This document shows positions 55,946-58,803 of a stretch of 58,803 nucleotides of DNA, piece by piece; within the stretch, counting starts at the first letter, position 1; each line of letters begins with the position of its first letter. The notes beneath the pieces were generated by a model. The model was not told where the DNA came from, did no database searches, and saw only the letters and a list, made by a program, of their open reading frames with translations. This DNA is from a virus (lineage: Duplodnaviria > Caudoviricetes), in IMG/VR virus record IMGVR_UViG_3300003690_000017, positions 1-58,803 of that record. The stretch is one strand, 5' to 3'. A program made the translations under genes and the position numbers.

Positions 55946-56223
55946 GAGCGCCCTGCGTTCGCGATCTTCTTCTGCGCCGACTTGATCGCCGCGATCATGA
56001 CATCGCCCTGCTCCACGTCTATGTACGCGGTGGCCTCGACCGCCTCGTACACGACGTTGGGGCGATCGTTTAGCTCGATCTCGTACCCGGGCATCACCAC
56101 GCGAAACACAATCTGGCGGAAGTCCATGCCGACAACCAGTTGCGCTTTGCGCCCGTGTCCACTGTTCTCGTCTATCTCGCGAGCAGGCATGCTGCTCAGT
56201 TCCTTGAAGCTCATGCTAGGCAT
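55942..56223 (-). CDS. Hypothetical protein
   Basis: AAGGGGG RBS before ATG 56223. Confidence 0.55.
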   Translation of the reverse strand: MPSMSFKELSSMPAREIDENSGHGRKAQLVVGMDFRQIVFRVVMPGYEIELNDRPNVVYEAVEATAYIDVEQGDVMIAAIKSAQKKIANAGRS

Positions 56224-56464
56224 TTGTGCCCCCCTTTGGGCTGCGCGGGGTATCGTCCTCGACCATTTCGAGTTCACCCTCGTAAGAACACTGCTGTTGC
56301 GTGCATGACACACGCTCCTCTCCGGTGCGACCGCTGCTACTGTGATTCAGCGTGAACCCGTCGGAATACACCTTGGGCGCGTGGCCTATGGGCCAGAACA
56401 CAGTCGCGCTCGTGATGACAAGATCGCCACCACAGTCAGGGCATTCCGATTGGAACACCATCAT
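56216..56464 (-). CDS. Small Zn-ribbon-like protein
   Basis: CPDCGG and CxxxxC motifs; coupled. Confidence 0.55.
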   Translation of the reverse strand: MMVFQSECPDCGGDLVITSATVFWPIGHAPKVYSDGFTLNHSSSGRTGEERVSCTQQQCSYEGELEMVEDDTPRSPKGGTNA

Positions 56465-56676
56465 TGGCCCCCTTTATCTATGCGCGCCTCGCGGATACCA
56501 GCCATGCGTTCCTCGCGATCGTATGCACGATCAACCGGGTCGCGAGACTCCTGATACGCGGGGCAACTCAACTCGTGAGCGCCGTAGCGCGTTACGAACT
56601 GGGCCTCAGGCGTCATCGTGCTGACATAGCACGCGCACCGATAGTGAACCTGTCCAAGCTTCTCTAGCACGTTCAT
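56461..56676 (-). CDS. Small Cys/His hypothetical protein
   Basis: GAGGAAGG RBS; CAC...H..SCP. Confidence 0.5.
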   Translation of the reverse strand: MNVLEKLGQVHYRCACYVSTMTPEAQFVTRYGAHELSCPAYQESRDPVDRAYDREERMAGIREARIDKGGQ

Positions 56677-56707
56677 GATGCGACCTTCCTCTTGATTACG
56701 CTCATGA

Positions 56708-56944
56708 TTACAGGGCCTCCCGGTAGTCGCGGTACTGCCCGATGATCTCGCTCTCGCGAACCCACGCCACAGTGTCGAACACATTCGCCCACAGGATGCG
56801 TGGATCGTTTGGCATGAGTTTGTCGGCCTCGCTCTGCGCGAGTTCGATGGTCGAGTAGACCCCGCGACAGATGAGTGGCTCATCAATCACCCCGCACATG
56901 ACCGCGTAGCATCGCAGAGGCGTCCGTACTGACATGAGCGCCAT
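56708..56944 (-). CDS. Hypothetical protein
   Basis: TAATG coupling. Confidence 0.5.
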   Translation of the reverse strand: MALMSVRTPLRCYAVMCGVIDEPLICRGVYSTIELAQSEADKLMPNDPRILWANVFDTVAWVRESEIIGQYRDYREAL

Positions 56945-57273
56945 TAGGAGCGAGCCTTGCGGGCCGCCGCACTGATCTCCAACGCGTGGCGAACCACATT
57001 GATGCGAACCTCATCCACCCCCACGATGCGATCGGTGTAAAACACCAAGTCGCGATGGAGAGTTTGCGTAATCCGCGCTCGACGGTATTCCCCATGCTCG
57101 GCCCGATTGATCTCGTCCTCCAACGCGAATCGCTCCACCATATCGGCGGCAGTCGCGAGGGCCGTTTCGCGTGTATCGCACTCGATAATCTGATCCGCCA
57201 TCACGTACCGCTGGCTAAACCGCCTGTCACGCCTGCCAGACGTGACCATAAACGTGTGCTGCTGGCCTTCCAT
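56944..57273 (-). CDS. Hypothetical protein with DRIVGVDEV motif
   Basis: AAGGAG RBS; shares a motif with 57437-57670. Confidence 0.6.
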   Translation of the reverse strand: MEGQQHTFMVTSGRRDRRFSQRYVMADQIIECDTRETALATAADMVERFALEDEINRAEHGEYRRARITQTLHRDLVFYTDRIVGVDEVRINVVRHALEISAAARKARS

Positions 57274-57436
57274 GCGCACTACTCCTTTGCACTAGCGCCA
57301 GCTAGGGGCTGACGCATTTATCCCGGCGACACCGGGTTTGCGTAATCCGCGACCGTCTGCCGCCACGAGCGCACATATACATACACGCATATATGCGTTC
57401 GAGGCGGCAGGAGTGCTCGCGCACTCCCACCTCACG

Positions 57437-57670
57437 CTATTTGCGCGCTAGTCTCGGAGCGCTGTACGCGTGGAATCCGGCGTCCACCATTTCGCGTACA
57501 TGGCCTTCGTCAAAATTGGCGCAAACTTCGTCCACCCCCACGATGCGATCCGCGCAGAGCACTATGTCGCGCACTACGCGTCCATCGCGCCCATCGCGCT
57601 CCTCACGCGCTTCCCTGTCCATTGCGTCATACATGGGACGCAACGCGTCCGATCCAATAGCGTGACTCAC
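57437..57670 (-). CDS. Hypothetical protein with DRIVGVDEV motif
   Basis: AAGGGG RBS; 20-nt identity with the downstream paralog. Confidence 0.55.
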   Translation of the reverse strand: MSHAIGSDALRPMYDAMDREAREERDGRDGRVVRDIVLCADRIVGVDEVCANFDEGHVREMVDAGFHAYSAPRLARK

Positions 57671-57723
57671 AGCAAACCCCTTTGCGTGCTTGCGTATTGC
57701 GTGACCAATTCACACTGTACGCA

Positions 57724-57804
57724 TGGTGGAGGTGACGGGAGTCGAACCCGCGTTCCCGTACTGTCCCGCATGGGGTTTTAGTACAGGGCTTGCCACACAC
57801 CCCC
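57724..57804 (-). ncRNA. 81-nt tRNA-like RNA resembling the tmRNA tRNA-like domain (Ala identity)
   Basis: GGGGGTG/CACCTCC-A-CCA acceptor with G3-U70, T arm GCGGG-TTCGACT-CCCGT, no D stem, long central stem. Confidence 0.7.
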
Positions 57805-57846
57805 AAACGGGCGAGGAGCGCTCATACGCTCCCCGCCCCCGGGCCC

Positions 57847-58446
57847 CTAGGCGAGCTCCTTCATCACGAGCGCCGTGATCTTGGATACGAGTGTGGCGAC
57901 GTTTGCCTCACTGGTGGCGACTTGCTGTTTCGCCGTCACGCGCTCTGCCTTAGCGACGCGCTTGGCGGCCGACTTGGCTTTTTTCGTGACCTTGACCGCG
58001 TCGCGCTCCACCTGATCCTTCGAGTAGCTCTCGAAGTAGCCAACCACCGTATTCTTACGGGTGGCGACCTGTAGCGTGACGGAGGCGACGCGCTGGAGGT
58101 CCGCACGGGCCATGTCGAAGCACATACCCGTCGGGAAGCCACCCCAAGCCGTACTCTGTGGATACGGCTTGCAGCTTGGCCGCTGACCCGACACCATCTC
58201 TATTCCCGCAGCCGCTATCACGAACGTTTTGGGCGACGTGACGCGAACAGTGACGCTACCCTGTCGCGACTTGGTCCCAGCCTTGGCGTCGCGTATCACC
58301 TCCGTCATTTTGTCCACGCTCGTCTCTTCTATCACGAGCTTGACGCTTGCGTCCTTCGCCAGTGCACGCAATTCGTCGAACGCCCGTCCCGAGTTATGCA
58401 CTTGGTACCACCCGATTGCGATCTGTGCTGTCTGTGCTTGTGCCAT
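57847..58446 (-). CDS. Hypothetical early protein with Lys/Ala-rich C-terminus
   Basis: GAGGAG RBS; first gene after the promoter at 58500-58528. Confidence 0.65.
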   Translation of the reverse strand: MAQAQTAQIAIGWYQVHNSGRAFDELRALAKDASVKLVIEETSVDKMTEVIRDAKAGTKSRQGSVTVRVTSPKTFVIAAAGIEMVSGQRPSCKPYPQSTAWGGFPTGMCFDMARADLQRVASVTLQVATRKNTVVGYFESYSKDQVERDAVKVTKKAKSAAKRVAKAERVTAKQQVATSEANVATLVSKITALVMKELA

Positions 58447-58499
58447 CTGTGCTTGGCTCCTCTGATTCGCCGCCACCAAATTCGGTGACAACTGCGGCC

Positions 58500-58528
58500 A
58501 AATTACCAGCGCTTCCCGGGGCTGTCAA
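58500..58528 (-). promoter_or_regulatory. sigma70-type promoter for the early minus-strand region
   Basis: TTGACA-17 nt-TAATTT with TG extension. Confidence 0.65.
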
Positions 58529-58609
58529 GTCGGCCCCCACAGGGTAGCGAACCGAGGCAAAAAAAAGTCTGGACAGGGGGCGAAAATGTGGGCCGACAGA
58601 GAGAATCAA

Positions 58610-58696
58610 TTCGATCCTCTCGATCCTATCTGGCGCGATTTCGATCCTCTCGATCCTTTCGATCCTTTCTCGCGGATCATTCGATCGTTCGATCCT
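58610..58696. repeat. Cluster of TCGATC(CT) direct repeats
   Basis: TCGATC at 58611, 58620, 58641, 58650, 58659, 58681, 58689; 18-nt unit repeated at 58610 and 58640. Confidence 0.9.
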
Positions 58697-58803
58697 ATCT
58701 CGCGAGTACAGATGGTAGGAGGGCATCGAGCGTTTGGTTTGGGCCCATCACAGAGCAGCGCGCGAGATACCCAAGCTAACGATAATAACCATTATCACTA
58801 CCT

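Larger units (their letters stand above)
1..58803. mobile_element. Tailed dsDNA bacteriophage genome (podovirus-like gene set), apparently near complete
   Basis: Terminase, portal, major capsid, giant internal virion proteins, short-tail proteins, lysis, RecET-like and primase-helicase genes; no host housekeeping genes; no tape measure or sheath gene. Confidence 0.93.

Noticed and set aside
57290-57360. c-di-GMP-I riboswitch-like GCAAACC..GGGA segment on the minus strand
   Set aside because: Lacks the GNRA tetraloop, receptor and second conserved stem
57724-57804. Canonical tRNA gene or attP site
   Set aside because: No D stem or standard anticodon arm; no integrase found, and both acceptor strands are present and paired
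58394-58726. ORF with IERIERIE repeats
   Set aside because: Translation of the TCGATCCT repeats; it overlaps a clear promoter and the next gene start, so DNA-level function is more likely
1-58803. Direct terminal repeats, integrase, repressor or DNA polymerase
   Set aside because: The two ends do not match by eye, and no tyrosine/serine recombinase or polymerase motifs were recognised

Overview
The window looks like a complete or near-complete, GC-rich (roughly two-thirds G+C by eye) tailed dsDNA phage genome of podovirus-like organisation; all calls are made by eye from motifs, with no database searches. The + strand (0.7-47.8 kb) carries small membrane/HTH genes, a stand-alone RAMP/Cas7-like gene, terminase, portal, three giant internal-virion/ejection-type proteins, scaffold and an N4-gp56-type major capsid protein. 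It continues with a glycosylation cassette (three glycosyltransferase genes, a B12 radical SAM enzyme and an inverted NDP-sugar epimerase), short-tail genes, an M23+SLT endolysin and holin, YqaJ/RecT recombination genes and a primase-helicase. The - strand (47.8-58.5 kb) is an early-type region with VRR-NUC, a MoxR AAA+/VWA pair, DUF2958, many small unknown genes and sigma70-type promoters. I found no integrase, DNA polymerase, reverse transcriptase or CRISPR array. The most notable observations are: (1) an orphan Cas7-like RAMP gene with candidate structured RNAs nearby; (2) an 81-nt mimic of the tmRNA tRNA-like domain with a G3-U70 alanine identity pair; (3) exact 14-45-nt DNA patches copied, sometimes in permuted order, between the ejection-protein genes; (4) a 17-kb run of genes in one reading frame separated by single stop codons; (5) a probable virion glycosylation/methylation cassette.
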